Origin: Hamiltosporidium tvaerminnensis FI-OER-3-3
Lineage: Eukaryota > Fungi > Microsporidia
Direction: 5' to 3'
Assembly (NCBI GenBank): GCA_022605425.2
Contig: CM061256.1
Location: 62,001 to 126,000 of the forward strand
Length of the DNA stretch: 64,000 bases
Position numbers and translations under genes: made by a program. The notes under the pieces are model-generated. The model searched no databases. It was not told where the DNA came from and saw only the letters and a program-made list of their open reading frames with translations. Positions 1 through 14,200 of this stretch are shown piece after piece. Position 1 is the first letter of the stretch. Each line of letters starts with the position of its first letter.

Positions 1-915
1 TGGTTGGTTCCTCCTTGTGAAATAAGGGGTGCTTTATTTTTTGGTTTAAAATTTTTTGCATCATCTTCCGCTCTCTTCTCTTCTTTTAAAGGGGGTGTTG
101 GTTCCTGATGCATCTCAGCTCCTAAAATAAAACCCAATGATGCACTCTCCTAGGTCTCTTCGGCATTTAGTCCTGACTCAAGTCCTCTTCGTCGATCAAA
201 GGAAATTGTTTCGACTGTCTTCTTTAGTACTATAGACTGAATGTATGCCTCTACATTCATGGTAATTTCTAGTCTTTTAAGGTGTGATTTATGTTATTTA
301 GTCACAATATCGTCCCAAGTCATCACATTAGGAATTATCTCAACACTACACTTATAAATAAGACCCAACTCATTGGCTAGCAGGTCATACTTCCTAAGTT
401 TTTCAGTTTCAACTATTTGAAGTGAATCTTGCAAAGTGATTCTTGCTTCAATGAGTGTTATCTTATTCTTCTTCTTATCTAAAATAAATATGTCGGGTAT
501 GTTATTCCGAATTTTAACATCAGTTTTAATTCTGGTGTCCACTCTTATCTCTGCATACTCATTATCAAGAATTTCTTGAACTGAGTGACTCCTAATTCGT
601 TTTGAAGACTTAAACTTATATCTATTTAAGAGAAGTAAGTGTAGGCATCTAGCCACTTCATTATGCCGTCTGGTGTAGTCATGGCCTAGCATTTTTTCAC
701 ATCGAGTTGCTAGATGATCTATAGTCTTACAAGATTTATTGCAATGTTAGTACATACCATCTGCACCCCAGAATACATTTCTATCCTGGATATAGCAGAA
801 CACAGCTTCATTTCATAGCCTAATATTTCCTCCCTTTAGCCATCTTGAAGAGTCACTAACACTCAAAAGCTCATTTTTTCTTGCATTATATAACTTTGAA
901 TGGAGTTTTCGTTTT
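1..915 (-). mobile_element. Fragment of an R4/Dong-type (RLE-bearing) non-LTR retrotransposon; 3' part runs off the window
   Basis: ORF 294-692 contains RRHN...PD..D...E...K, a restriction-like endonuclease. It is preceded by a decayed CCHC knuckle (TIDHLATRCEK). Homologous to 5228-6872 and 55820-57175. Similarity stops abruptly at ~915. Confidence 0.9.
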
Positions 916-1128
916 AGCCTTTTATAAATACAATGATTTATTTTTAAAATATAAGATTGGTAAAGTAATTATACGAGTGAAATATACCAATATAAAGCAA
1001 AATTCTATTTTCTATTCTTAGTTTTATTAATATTACTTACGAATTTTAAGAAAAATATTTTTATGAATTGTAAAGAAATAATTATTTTTGATTCCTAAAA
1101 AAAAGTAAAAGATTTAAATCCCATTTTT

Positions 1129-1818
1129 TTATTCCAAATATTTTTCAGCCTCAACAGAGAAAGTTTTTCCATCTTTAAGACAAAAAATATCTACGTTTTC
1201 TTGATTCAATGCCCCACTTTCAGGATGTGCATTTTTAAGAGCTGCTATCCCGACACGTATAAGTCCTTCCAAATCAAGTTCATTGAGACTATTCACCTCA
1301 CTTTCTAGGATGGTACGCGCAGATTGTGACCTATTTCCTATGCTCATAGCATGTGCTTCTCTTATACGTCCAGTTGGTTCAAACTCAATAAGTCTAATAC
1401 CTTCTGATTGTGTCATAAGTAAACCACTCACCCCATACAATCTTGTACCAGAATACATCGTTCTAAATGAAGCTTCTACACACAAATCATCAAAAACAGA
1501 CAAATGACTTATATTTCTATCTCTTATAACTTCTTCAGAAACACTTTTTTTGATTAAATAATCTACAATTTCTAATCCATCATTTGTAATTCCAGAAAAG
1601 GTAAAAAGTGAAGAATCATTTATTTTATAAACTTTTTTGTTGTAATATGAAATATCATTTAACTGTCCTTTATAACCTATCATTACACCACATTCATTGT
1701 TTTTTAGTGCGATTGAAACATTACCGAGCTCAACTGTCTTTTTTATGTAATCGAGCGGCTTTACTTTTCCTTCTGGTGTAAATACAGAAACATAGTTATA
1801 ATCTGTTATTGAAGACAT
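1129..1818 (-). CDS. PRE5: 20S proteasome subunit alpha type-1 (alpha6)
   Basis: N-terminal SVFTPEGK alpha-subunit motif, GTRLYGV, and AMSIGNRSQSARTILE (cf. PSMA1 AMSIGARSQSARTYLE). GACCCTTAA precedes the ATG and the stop lies within AATAAA. Confidence 0.92.
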   Translation of the reverse strand: MSSITDYNYVSVFTPEGKVKPLDYIKKTVELGNVSIALKNNECGVMIGYKGQLNDISYYNKKVYKINDSSLFTFSGITNDGLEIVDYLIKKSVSEEVIRDRNISHLSVFDDLCVEASFRTMYSGTRLYGVSGLLMTQSEGIRLIEFEPTGRIREAHAMSIGNRSQSARTILESEVNSLNELDLEGLIRVGIAALKNAHPESGALNQENVDIFCLKDGKTFSVEAEKYLE

Positions 1819-2787
1819 TTAAGGGTCACTTAATTTGTTTTATCACAAAAAGAATTTTTAATGTTTTGATTTGAAAAAAAATGTAACTTTTTTAGGAAAA
1901 AGAAGTAGAAATTATTTTATAGAAAAAAATAATTTTAAATAAAAGGGTCTGCAACAATCCAAAGGAATGAATGTTACAAATATCAAAAGAAAAATACCAA
2001 AAAAAAATTGTAAGTTGTGAAAATTCCATTTATTTATGTTCTCATTGTTACCACCTTTGGTTTGACTCATAATTTCAAAGTTATTTATTTTAGAATTTTG
2101 CTCAAATTATAAATCCTTTAGAAATTTAATTCTGCTTTTTTGGCTGTTAAAATTTTAAGTTTTATTTTTTGCATCTTAAATGCCTTGGCTTCTGATTATC
2201 TTTGCTGCAAATTTTTAATGAATGTGTAGACTTTTGTGGTTTTCAGTTCTTATCAAGATGAGTTCCTGTCTTTTTTATTGTTCATTCATTAGAAAAAAAA
2301 ATTCGGATGTTTTTGTAGGATTTTATACCGTATATATATGCTTTATTCTTATAGAAATTCGTACTTCTTAAGTTATATCTCATAATATTTAGTTACAAAA
2401 GTTTATATGTTTTCTAAAAATAGATTATTGTTGCATACAAAGTATAATTAAGACACAATATATATACCAACACGAAAAAATTTCTTTTTGACTTAGCAAA
2501 TCATAGGCAAATCTTTCAGAGTTATTCAATATGATGATCCTTATTTAATCTGTTTTTTATCTGAAATACTATAAATGTTATTTTCCCGAATTTTGACTTC
2601 GTTTAACTACAAAAGATCATTTTTAGCGTTTTTTCAACAGAGTAACTATTCTTGTGAATTTGGATTTGTATTTTTTAATGAGAAGTAAATGATTAAGAAA
2701 ATTACTACATAATGTCGCTTTCATATTATAGCATTTTTTCACGTAGAGTCACTTAATTATCTGTGATATTATTTATATCCCAAAGAT

Positions 2788-3522
2788 TTAATAGTAGAGG
2801 GAGGATAATCACATAAAAAGCTTTCTGCTCGGCAATGAGTGTAGCAAACTGATGAGAGGATCATTGTTTGGATTTTTGGTGGTAATAAAACCACACTACA
2901 TTTTCGGTTGTTCCATGGGAGTTGTTATGAGTAGGAAAGGTCTAAGAAATGTCGAAAAGTTTTCTATAAATTTATTTGTAGTTTTCTATGTAACTAGATT
3001 GCAGATCGCAGCTGAACATGTAGGTAATTGCTATGTAAAAACATGGAAACCTAGCCTTGCTCACTCGGGTTAGAAGACTTACCGCCTGGGAGACATAAAA
3101 ATAAAAATCAAAAAAAGCCGAGAGAGCTAAGTATCAAGTTATACCTGTTGGTATGACATTGCACGGTCTAGGTAGACCCCATGTAAATCTCTGAAATATA
3201 TCTTAGCTAGAAGTTTATTGGGTTCAGAAAGGGTAGAGTAAGTGGGAATGCTGCATAGTCTTGGGGAGCCTAGGGTAGGTCTCAACCTAAGATACCAATC
3301 TATGCAACGGACACCATCGAACTTTTGATAACTACCTGGCCATTCAATTAGGTTCTACATACTGGGTAGATGAAAGGCTTTGCGATGTAGGTATTGCAGG
3401 GGGTACTGATGGAGTGGTGTGGTAGCAGTTTTTTGGTTAAATCTAGAACTACATTAGTGTGATGAAAACAAATAAAACACTTGCTACTATTTTTAAAAGA
3501 TGTGATACTTATAAATAAAGAA
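2788..3522 (+). mobile_element. ~735-bp non-coding dispersed retroposon-like repeat (copy 1)
   Basis: Perfect 13-bp flanking direct repeat ATATCCCAAAGAT at 2775-2787 and 3523-3535. A-rich end (ATAAATAAAGAA). GC-richer than its flanks. Homologues at ~19075, ~37140, 53177 and ~61670. Confidence 0.8.
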
Positions 3523-5227
3523 ATATCCCAAAGATATAATATTTTTATTTAATATTTACAAATAAGAAGAAGGGTCTGTCATATGAATATAACTAATAAA
3601 CATAATTATTTTAGTTTTAAAAACAATTCTATACACAATAACAAAGGAACGGGTAGCAGATAGACGATTTCTCTGTAGATACATACTCCAAACCTAGCTG
3701 CCTTCCCGAAAATTTCGTAATCATCAAAAGCTAGTTTAGCATTCTACAGTTTTTACATATTACCTCTAGCTTTATAGTAAATTCATCTTAGAATATACTA
3801 AAATCTGATAATTGCGTATCTCAATTTTTTCTCACCTAAAATATTTTGATTTTCCACAAAAACTCACTAGCTCATCATTTCTACAAAAATATAACTTTGA
3901 ATATAATTTATAAATTTATTTTTGTCATACAAAATTGTTAATTTAAGCTTTTTTAAAGCTCATAAATATATTATTCTACCTAAAATAAATTAGCTGCAGA
4001 AAGTTTTTTATTATTGAATGCATTTTATTGATATTTACTATGTTTATATTTTTATTCTTCTAGTTCTTGTATTGCGCGGTTTTTTATACAGTGCAAAAGT
4101 AGCATAAGACTATATTTATATGGTATTTACCACTTTTTAAGTATAGAAGGCATGTTTTCGGTTTTATGAATCACGCTCTTGTATTCTTATTTAAAAGTGA
4201 TATCTTCTTTGTATATTAAACAAGTCATGTTTAATCCGGATATGTGTAATCTTCTAGTTATAATCGAGTAATCATATATTATACTTATATATAGAATATT
4301 TTATGTTAATAGATCAGATGATATTTTTTTGCATTTAATGACGTACGAAAAAGTTTCTTGTGTCTTGATATGAGTTTATTCTCCGCTAGTAAAATAAACT
4401 ACAAGTTGTGTATGAATTAATATCATGCTCAGATATAGTGAAATTGTTCTCTCGAGAGGAAGATCAATATGTTTGTAACACATTTAATCGTAGAAGTTTG
4501 TTCTAAACATTTCTAAAGAATACCTCTTTGACTAAAATCATTTTAAGTGTCATCCGAGCAATGCTCGCTTCTAAAGATCGAAAAATGCTTAAAATAATGA
4601 TTATCATGAAATATTTGATATTTAGACTTTTTTAGAGGTAAAATTTATCATGTTTATTTTTATTTACTATTTTCTAAGAAAACTTATACATAATAAAATA
4701 AAAAAACTCGGATTTTCTTCTCTTGTAGAGTCTTATTAAAGTACTAAATTCATTATTTTTTATGATCTTCAAATATATCACTTCCGTTCTTGCTATTGAA
4801 GATATAATAAATTTCAGGATCTAATCAGATAAATAAAAATGATCATTATATTTTAATACATACAAATAATTTCGATAAAAAATTAAATTGAAAAATGACA
4901 GATGACTAAAGTCTAATATTATTTTTATACATCTTAATTGATTATAGTCCTTGTCTTTTCAGTGTCATTTCAATAAGAAATTTATTCATTAATTTTATTT
5001 CGTAATTGATCTTAAGTTATATTATTTTTAGCAAATTTCTCGATATAATAGAAAGTATTAATTGATTATTAAAAAAAATCTATAGATTCTGAAAGTCGAA
5101 TATACATGGTTTTAATTTGAGAATAAAAAAAGCAAATTATTATTTTAAGTTCGAAATAAAATAAAACTTTATTTAAAATATATTTCACAGTAAAATATTT
5201 TTGCTGGAAATAGGATACCACTTTTAA

Positions 5228-6872
5228 GATTTAGTTATAAGATCCTGGGTTAACAAATTTTTCTTTTAAATAATTCTTTCCACCATTTCAATCACTTCTA
5301 TCTCTTCCTTCAACTTTAGCTCTTCATTTGCATTAATTGATGGTTCCTTTGCTGTGGTTACGTCATCTAAAATAAGGGGTAAAATATTTTTTCAATTATC
5401 TTGTTTAACACTATCTTCCTCGTTCTTCAATTCTTTTAAGGAGGGTGTTGGCTGTTTATGCATCTCAGCTCCTATAATAACACTCAATGAAGCTCTCTCC
5501 CAGCTCTCTTCGGCACTTGGTCCTGACTCAATTCCTCTTCGTCGATCAAAAGAAATTGTTTCGACTTTCTTCTTGAGTACTATGGATTGTATATATGCCT
5601 CTACATTCATAAATATCTGTAGTCTTTTAACATACCTCTTATAGTATTTTTTCACAATACCGTCCAGCTCATCACATAAGGAATTATCTTTACACTGGTT
5701 TATAAATAAGACTTAGCTCATTTGCTAATAAGTCATACTTCATAGGCTTCTCTGTTTCAACCATTTGAAGAGAGTCTTAGGAAGTTATTCCTACTTCAAT
5801 ACGTGTTATCCTATTCTTCTTTTTGTCCAAAATAAATATGTCAGGTCTTTTATTCCGAATTTTAACATCAGTTTTTATTCTGATGTCCACTCTTATCTCT
5901 GCAGATTCATTATCAAGAATTTCTTGAACTGAGTGACTCCTAATTCGTTTCTAAAACTTAAACTTATATTTATTCAGCAAGAGTAAATGTATACATCGTA
6001 TCACTTCATTATGTCGTCTAGTATAGTCATGACAAAGAATTTTTTCACATCTCGTTGCTAAGTGATCAACCGTTTTCCTAGACTGGTTGCAGTGTTGACA
6101 CATACCTTCTGCACCCCAGACTCATTTCTATCCTAAATGCAACAGAACACTGCTTCATCACGTAGTGTTACACTTCATTTCTTTAACCATCTTGAGGAGT
6201 GATTTAAACTTACCAGCTCGTTATTTCTAGCGCTATATAACTTTGAATGTAGTTTTTGGGTTTTAATTTCGTTATAAAGGTTAGCTACTTGAGCTTCTTC
6301 CGATTTCTTTTTTGGGACTTCCTCTTCCAACCCGTATTTTATTTTTAAAAAGTTTTTAATTTGTGAAAGGTGGGTTTTATTATTATTCTCAAGCTTTAGG
6401 ATTGCTGCTCTTCTGGTCGATGTATCTTTATGTTTTTTTAAAGAATCTAAGAGTTGCAAAAGCATATGTTCGCTTTTGAACTCGACACTAGGCGAACCTC
6501 TTCCAAGTGCTTTACGTGGAAGGTATAGACGTTCTTTGCGTCCTGGGCGTAGATGTATTTTGTTCTTTACTAACACTGCACGCACCGCATCATCTAACTT
6601 AGAGAAGCCAGGCGGTTCTAGTCGGAGTACACCTATATGATAGTTTAATAAAGAAATTGCACTTTTATTAATGGCTTGAAATAAATTTCTTGCATTGAAT
6701 CTCGTGCGAAAAAGTCTTTCTACTCGTACTAGAAGTTTAGTCTGTACTTCCTCAAACGACTTACTTTTTGGAATTTCTCTGCTATCTTCTATAATTTCAA
6801 GGTATTTATAAACACATATTCCTTCAAGAAGAGTAGCAGTATCTTCACAACATGGATCATTAGTGGCTGACT
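5228..6872 (-). mobile_element. 5'-truncated, disrupted R4/Dong-type non-LTR retrotransposon
   Basis: 12-bp TSD TACCACTTTTAA at 5216-5227 and 6873-6884. Carries the RT C-terminus and ERLYLPRKALGRG (ORF 6175-6585), CQHC...DHLATRC knuckle, RRHN and RPD endonuclease motifs, with stops and frameshifts. Confidence 0.9.
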
Positions 6873-9633
6873 TACCACTTTTAAAAATTATAATACTGTA
6901 TAATAGTGATAATATTAAAATCGTTTTAAAATATATTAAGTTAGAAAAATTATTGGAATAGATGGTGCCTTAAAGAGATTGATATATTTTTTAAAAAACA
7001 TCATAGACATTAATTTGATATAAAAAATTTTGACTTTCAGTTTTTATAAAAACTAAATGCAATTTTCAAATAAATATTTATTTGATTCTTTCTTAGAAAT
7101 TTTATTTGTCTTGAAAAGAACTACCGAGTATTTTGAATTTATATAATTTAAAAGACGTTTTTGAAATATAAAAATAAAGAAACAAAAACAGAGAAAAAAG
7201 CAAACATACAAAACGGAAATAATTTATAAACTTAAGATATAGTTTTGGAATCTTCTATAGAAAGATTTATTCATATAAATTATAAACGTATAAATATTTT
7301 ACTAAACACTTAAAACTAGATCAAAAAAATACTAAAACTGATTTTTTTAAATTTCTGGTATATTAGTGATTTTTGATAATATTTTTACTCTTTTTTCGAC
7401 CCTTCAAAAAACCGAGATTAGTCTTCTGTGACAAATCTATACATAAGCGGTAAAGAAAACTAGAATTTCTTTTAAATTAATTCTTAAAATTTTAACATTA
7501 AAGCCTTCATACTTTTATGTAGAATGCGTAGCGTTTTAAAATTTACTAATATTATACAAAAAAGACCCAAGAGAATTCTGCAAAAAGAATTTAAACGATG
7601 TCTAATGACTATATGTAAAAAATAGGCCAAAAACATATAGAAAAAATTTAATATCCTGTAACTATCAATCTGGGACTCAATTTTTTTTATAATCCATTCA
7701 TCATACCTTAAACTAAGGTTCTAATAAATCTTATGAATATTGAAAGCCATATTTGCGTTGCCTACAGTTTCTTTCATGCTAAAAAAATTCAAATGGAGAG
7801 ATATATTAATCTAAAATGCATTTATTCATGTTTATACTCAGCCAAAATAATCACTTAATATTAATTTTATTGTTCATCAATGAAAAATTGATCTATCCAG
7901 ATCTTATCACGAGGTAATAAAACTACCTCGAATAAAACCTTTGAATTATGAAGAATATTCAAGACCTTGATTACCATTTTTATACATTTACTTGTTATAT
8001 TCGGGTTTTATTTATACAGCATCTTTTCAATTGTTTTCATAGAAACAAAATATACTTAATCCGATTAAGGTTTAGAAATTTAGAATATAATTCAATAATG
8101 CGGAAAATGATTCTTGAAAAACCATATTAAAATAGGTTGACCTATAGAGGAGTTTTCTTTCTTCAAAATATACTCAATTATAACTTTGTATTAGATGCCG
8201 ATTCATATGAATTATTAGCATAGAACAACATTTAAGCGATGCAGCCAATGATTATATTTCTTATCTGAAAAAGTCACTGCCCATTATATTGTAGATATCC
8301 TTAAAGACTATACATCCGAGCTTACATTTTTTTTATTATACTGTCAAATTCAAGCCTTTTGAAAGTAAGACGGCAGAGTATTGTTGTGTATACTCTCTCC
8401 AAACCTCACCATACTAAACATAAAATTATATTTAGAATCTTTAATTTCACACCATTATTAATATTTAGAAATTTTATATTTTGCCAAAAATGAATGAGTA
8501 CAGGTTTGGTTTTGCAGTGGAACTCTGAGATGGAAACAGAATTTTGCGTTCTCTCTAAATATTTCGAATATAAATATTCACTATAGTATATTTTTGCAAT
8601 CCCAGGCAATGATTTTATACGATATTTTGCTGAAATTCGACAAAATCTGGGCAACTTTTTGTTTGGGGATAAAAAAAAAAGACTTTCGCATTATGCTTTC
8701 AATTCTCTCTATATTAAACGAAATTTATTGTCTTTGTAATATTATACACATTAGAGAAAGACTTCCGGTAGTTTCATGTTTTTTCTAACTAAATACTTTT
8801 CTTAAAAAAAATAGATATAATAATTGTATTGTTAATTGTAATTCGAGTAGGTTAAGGAATATGGTATTTTACTCAGATGTTTATAATATGATATTTAGTA
8901 TAGATTATAAACATTTCCAATCTTATTGGCCAGAATATATACAGAAAGGTTTTATTGCCCTAATGAATTACTTTGCGTGAATCTATACATAGAATTGCTC
9001 TCTGTGATATTTTAATTTATAATTAACTGCCTCGTAAATAATTCTAATCAAAATTTTTTCTTTATCTTTCGTACAAGAAAGTTTGCGTTAGACTGAGAAT
9101 TTGACCAGTCAAATGAAAAATGTCTAAGTAACGCCTAAAAATTGACGCTGCTTTGATTGACTCATAGATTTTGTTCGATCTATAAAGAAAGGAACAAGCT
9201 AAAAAAAATTTAATCGTAACTTATATCAAATGAATGTATAAAATACTTTAATTTTTTAAACTAACGTTATTTTATTGAAAAAATGTAGCTCAAAAGCATT
9301 TTGCTGAATTTTTAAATTTTAACTAGATGTTTTGCATTTATATTAGGCAAGTAACATATAGAATTTAATAATATACAGTGTGGACTTCTTCCGCCATAAA
9401 AAAATATATTTTTGATGTGTGTACATATGAAATTAGGTATTTATATATGAGTTTAATATTATAGTTTTAGTTTTGAAAGGATCAGGGTTGTATATAGCAT
9501 TTTTTTGATCATAAAAAATCTATGAAGTCTCTGATTACCATCTCTTTTATCATAAAAATAGAACCGTTAAAAATGAATCAATAAGGAAAAAGAAATAACT
9601 TTTAACGCAAATTTATTAGAACTTGGTTCAGAT

Positions 9634-11235
9634 TCATGTCAATAAGCTTTGAATACAAAGAATTCTCATTTTTAGTATATAGGCATCAGTAAATATGCCT
9701 GAATTTAATCTCACATTCATGTTATATCGTAAAAATATATGATATTTGTTTAAAGTTTCAAAAATTATCTTTTTTATGTCTTTGTCTTTAAGCCTACTTT
9801 TTATACGTTCCTTAATTTTGATAAAATAATCAATATAACAAGTATAATCGCTTGAGGACAAATTTATGTATTTTTTGAACGTCTCGCTTTGAAATAATTT
9901 TAAATAGTAATCTATGAATTTTAAAGATTCATTAATTGAAAAATGTTCAAAGTCATATTCATAACTCGTTATCAAAGGCCGTACGACATCAGACTCATTA
10001 TTTCTATAAAAGTAACTTTCTAAATATTTTTTCGTTTCCACATCAAACAAAAATACCAAATCAAGAACACATTTTAAAATAATATTTTTGGTATATTTAC
10101 CGCTAATAAAATCATTATGCATATAAAAACAGATATTAATAATCAGCTTGCACATTATTTTGCCTTCATTTGGAGAAAGAAGTAAATTTTTGATCAATCG
10201 AATTGTATATAAAACTTTTCTTAAATCATATCTTACTTTTTTTAATATTTCGGGACTCAATTTGTATTCTGTATATTTAGAATTATAATTGTATAAAACT
10301 TTCGAATTTACAACCGGAAAACTTAATGAAGGACTTTGCAGTATTATTTCAATTGTTTTTAATCCATAAAATATACTAGATATGGAGATTTCTTTGATAG
10401 GCTTTTTAGATATTTGATCGAATATAAAATCTTTTAAGAAAATCAATCCAGGGAAAAGTGACAATATAGGACAATTATGTCTTGCAATCTCGATGCATCT
10501 CATTCTTTTGATTAAAGATTCGGAAATACACTTAAAAAAAGCCTCACATTTCAAATCTTCTTTCATTTTCTTCTCAATCACATTCAAACATACAAAAACA
10601 AAGCAATTGCTTTTAAAAAGAGACTCCAAATCAAAATTTTGTTCATCAAAATTTTGTTTCTTAAAACACTCAAAAATGTTTTCAATTTTTTTAAAAAGGT
10701 TTAATGGATTTTGAATGTTTTCATTACCATTGCACATCTTTATTATATATTTAAAAGCATAATCGTGGCTAATATTTATTGGTTTTTTAGTTTTATTGGT
10801 TTTTACACCAATACTACTTTCGATGTCTGTGTTATGTGTTTGATTTGTGATTGTTTCCAAAGAAGATGTGTTAATGTGAGGCTGATAAATGTATGAAGGA
10901 TTTTCGGAACAGTCTACAAAATAATCAATGGCTATTGGAATATCAGAATCATGTGAAATATAAAATTTCTGTGAAACCAAAACACAATCAGATATGCTCA
11001 AAATATAATGATTAGGAGGATTACAACGATTTTCATTTTTTGAATCAGTTGTTTCTGGATGCTTACGAATCGAAAATTTTTTATCCAAATCATTTCCGAA
11101 AACTGTAACAATCAAACGGCTTTTCAAACCGTTTTTCGTTTTTTCTAAGTCTGTTGATAACTCCGAAACTTTATCTTGAACAGCCGTTTTTGTTAGAGAC
11201 CAGAAAACCAAAAAGAAATATTTCTTAAAAAGCAT
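9634..11235 (-). CDS. Uncharacterised lineage-specific ~533-aa protein, putatively secreted (family member A)
   Basis: Long intact ORF. The likely start is the GGG-ATG at 11235 (MLFKKYFFLVFWSLTKTAV), not the TTG at 11295. Shares NCPILSLFPGLIF, LDLVFLFD, KFIxYYL and NSxIFTD with the other members. Confidence 0.85.
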   Translation of the reverse strand: MLFKKYFFLVFWSLTKTAVQDKVSELSTDLEKTKNGLKSRLIVTVFGNDLDKKFSIRKHPETTDSKNENRCNPPNHYILSISDCVLVSQKFYISHDSDIPIAIDYFVDCSENPSYIYQPHINTSSLETITNQTHNTDIESSIGVKTNKTKKPINISHDYAFKYIIKMCNGNENIQNPLNLFKKIENIFECFKKQNFDEQNFDLESLFKSNCFVFVCLNVIEKKMKEDLKCEAFFKCISESLIKRMRCIEIARHNCPILSLFPGLIFLKDFIFDQISKKPIKEISISSIFYGLKTIEIILQSPSLSFPVVNSKVLYNYNSKYTEYKLSPEILKKVRYDLRKVLYTIRLIKNLLLSPNEGKIMCKLIINICFYMHNDFISGKYTKNIILKCVLDLVFLFDVETKKYLESYFYRNNESDVVRPLITSYEYDFEHFSINESLKFIDYYLKLFQSETFKKYINLSSSDYTCYIDYFIKIKERIKSRLKDKDIKKIIFETLNKYHIFLRYNMNVRLNSGIFTDAYILKMRILCIQSLLT

Positions 11236-14200
11236 CCCTAAAAATTTTTTATATTTTTTATATATTTTTTCTAAATAAGTATATAATTTTTTCAAAAAAA
11301 TTTAAAACGAATAATTTCCTTTATAGTGTAATTAAATATAGCAATTTGAGATATTTTTGATCTATTTTAGTAAACTAATAATTCAGGTTAAAACTTGTTT
11401 TAAATATTAAGAACTCTATTTTAATCATACATAGAATAGAAATTGCAGAATGTGAAAATTCAAGCGATATTATTGATCAAGAATAATAACACTATTCAAA
11501 AATTTATTTTTAAATCATATATTCTCAAAATTTATAAAATGATTTAAAAAATTCCAAAAAAAATAATAAATTCGGGTGATCAAAATTTAATTTATCTTCA
11601 TATGTACAAATTGAATTAATTCTAGTTAAATTGTAAAAAAAGATAATTTAAATATTGCATTTATGGTATTATACGAAAAAATGAACTAAATCCTAATAAA
11701 TTATATATTTTTTTACTACTAACGCAGAACTATAAATAGATATAAATTTATTTCAAAACCTTTAATTGAACCTCAAATAGGAGTTCTATTTTAAGTTTTT
11801 TACATTTTCTAGATTTTATAATGAATAGAATATTCATCTAGTTAAGATCTCTATTACGGCTTGCGACATAATATAGTTATCCGGTCTGCCACAATTTTTT
11901 TTGTAGAATAGGTTTTTTTCATTTAGAAAATAAAACAAATATAAATATATTGTATAAAAAAATTAGATTATTAAAATTGTAATTATGTATTTGTATTACA
12001 AAGAAAATTTATTAAATTTCAATAATTTTTTTTAAAGATTAATGATATTTTTTGAAATTTTTACTAAAAACCAAAATGAAATCACAAAAAATTTATGTCA
12101 TACATTATTACTAGTGAGATTAATGTAGTTAAGATTTGCCACTATTGATGTGTTAAAATTTTCGGTTAACTTTAGCAGTAGAAAGTATCAATAATGACTT
12201 CAGATTCTTATCTATTAGGCTAAAATTGTAAATTTTTTTGTGTATTTCATTTCAAAGAATTTTTTTCACTTGAATAATTAGTGCATGATGGCACAAATAA
12301 TTCTTATGAAAATTTATTAACACGATTGAATCACACGGTCTTAGAATCTTTTAAAATCCTCGAATTTTATTGAATATTTTTATTTAAAAATATCGATAAG
12401 ATGCATTTTTATCTTTTTGAACGAGAAATGGTTGTTTAAAATTTTATTCAAATTCAAATCATATAAACACAAAGAAATAATCATAGCATGTTTTTATAAA
12501 ATCTAGTAGGTTTTTGGCACTCGAAACTTTTTATAAAATTCATTATGACAGAGGAGCTAAAAGGTTTTAAGACTCTAAAATATAGTATAAGTTTTTATTA
12601 TACTTAAAGTAAATCTTTATAAAATCTAAATCAGTTGAGGAATTATCGAATTTAATTTTTAACGCTGTTAAAAAATAATAGAATGTAACAAATACGAAAA
12701 TACTAATGAAGTTAAAATTTCTTATTTTTAGCTGTGTACTAATACGGATAATAGCAAGAAATATTTTTCATATCTTAAAAGGTACTTTCTTTAAAATACG
12801 ATCACTTAAGATTTCGATAAATGATTTAAAAGCGTACAAAATGTTAATTAATTTTCATTATAAACAAAGTTTAAATAAAGAACAGACGATGCAGAGATAT
12901 ATTGATTTTGATTATGTTTTTTCTTCTATTTAATCTTATTTTATATTACATATAGTCTAATTTAAACTTGTATAAATCGTTGAGATATAGACTTTGGATC
13001 GTCACTATTATATAATCAACATAGAATCAATAAATTCTTCATTTTTGTTTCTAAAAATTTTATCCTTTGAATTTCGTCATTATTAAATATTTACGCTTCA
13101 TTTAGAGTCTTCTTGATATCACATTCCAATTTATATAAAAGAGATGAGTAAACTTGATTCCGATAGTCAATTTGTATATTATTTGTGTTTAGATCCTGCT
13201 GTTAACATATATCTTCATTTTATTGGTTATAACATCCGTGAAATATCATCAAACTTATAATATTAGAAATTTTCGAAAAAATTTCAGTGCTTAAGAGCGT
13301 TTTTCGATTTTTATTTAAGTTAAAATTCTTTTGTATTTTAGTCTAAATAATTCGAAGAAAAAAAGTAAAATTTAGACTTGGTTGAGATTTTCAGTTTCAT
13401 TCTCATTAGAAAAATCAAATAAAAATTTATTTTTTCATTTGAAGATTTGTTATATTTCAATTTTTGACAATCCCGCGTACTTATTTATGAATTAAAACAA
13501 AATAAAGACACTTTGTTTCAGTTTTAGACTCAAACTGTATTAACCTTCCCGAGTAAGATGCATATAATATCTACACGATTTTTGTGCTTGATATACACTG
13601 CCATGACTCTTAAAATTTTATTTAGACAGTGTTGTAAAAAATCAAAAATGATCTAAAAGGCTACATAATTATAATGAATCTATAATGTGATTCATGGTTT
13701 AAGTGTATAAGATAAAAGTTAGGTCCTTAAAGCTAAATTTTTATGATTTAAGTCATCTGACTATTTGATTTAAATTAAAGCTATTAAACTCTGTTCTGTC
13801 TAAATTTTTAGCGTTTGAATTCCCGAGTCGTTTTTTTAGATATTTGAGACAAATATACCAATATTTTACTATGATGTGATTTTTAAGTTTTGATATTCTG
13901 CTAGTTGTCCGCTTGACTCTGATTTCTTAATTTCTTAGGTATATATAAGAGCTAGAATAATTTTCCAAGTTTATATTTGACTACAATACTAAGAATTTAT
14001 AAGTTTTGGAATTTAAAAGTATAAATTTGTACAATAATTCTAAAAAATACTGTAGCGGAATGTTTTATACAACATAAAAATATTATATAACCGATAAACA
14101 TAAATATATTAGTCGAAGTATTATAAATTCAAGGAATTTGATTCCATAATGTGATTAATTCATTATATAAAGTAGCATTAATATATGGTTATAGCGGTTA

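Noticed and set aside
2849-2900. CTGATGAG hammerhead-like core in the 735-bp repeat
   Set aside because: No GAAA follows the putative stem II, and the motif is absent from the other copies.
7910-7930. Hairpin CGAGGTA-N7-TACCTCG
   Set aside because: A 7-bp stem is expected by chance, with no Helitron CTRR end or other context.
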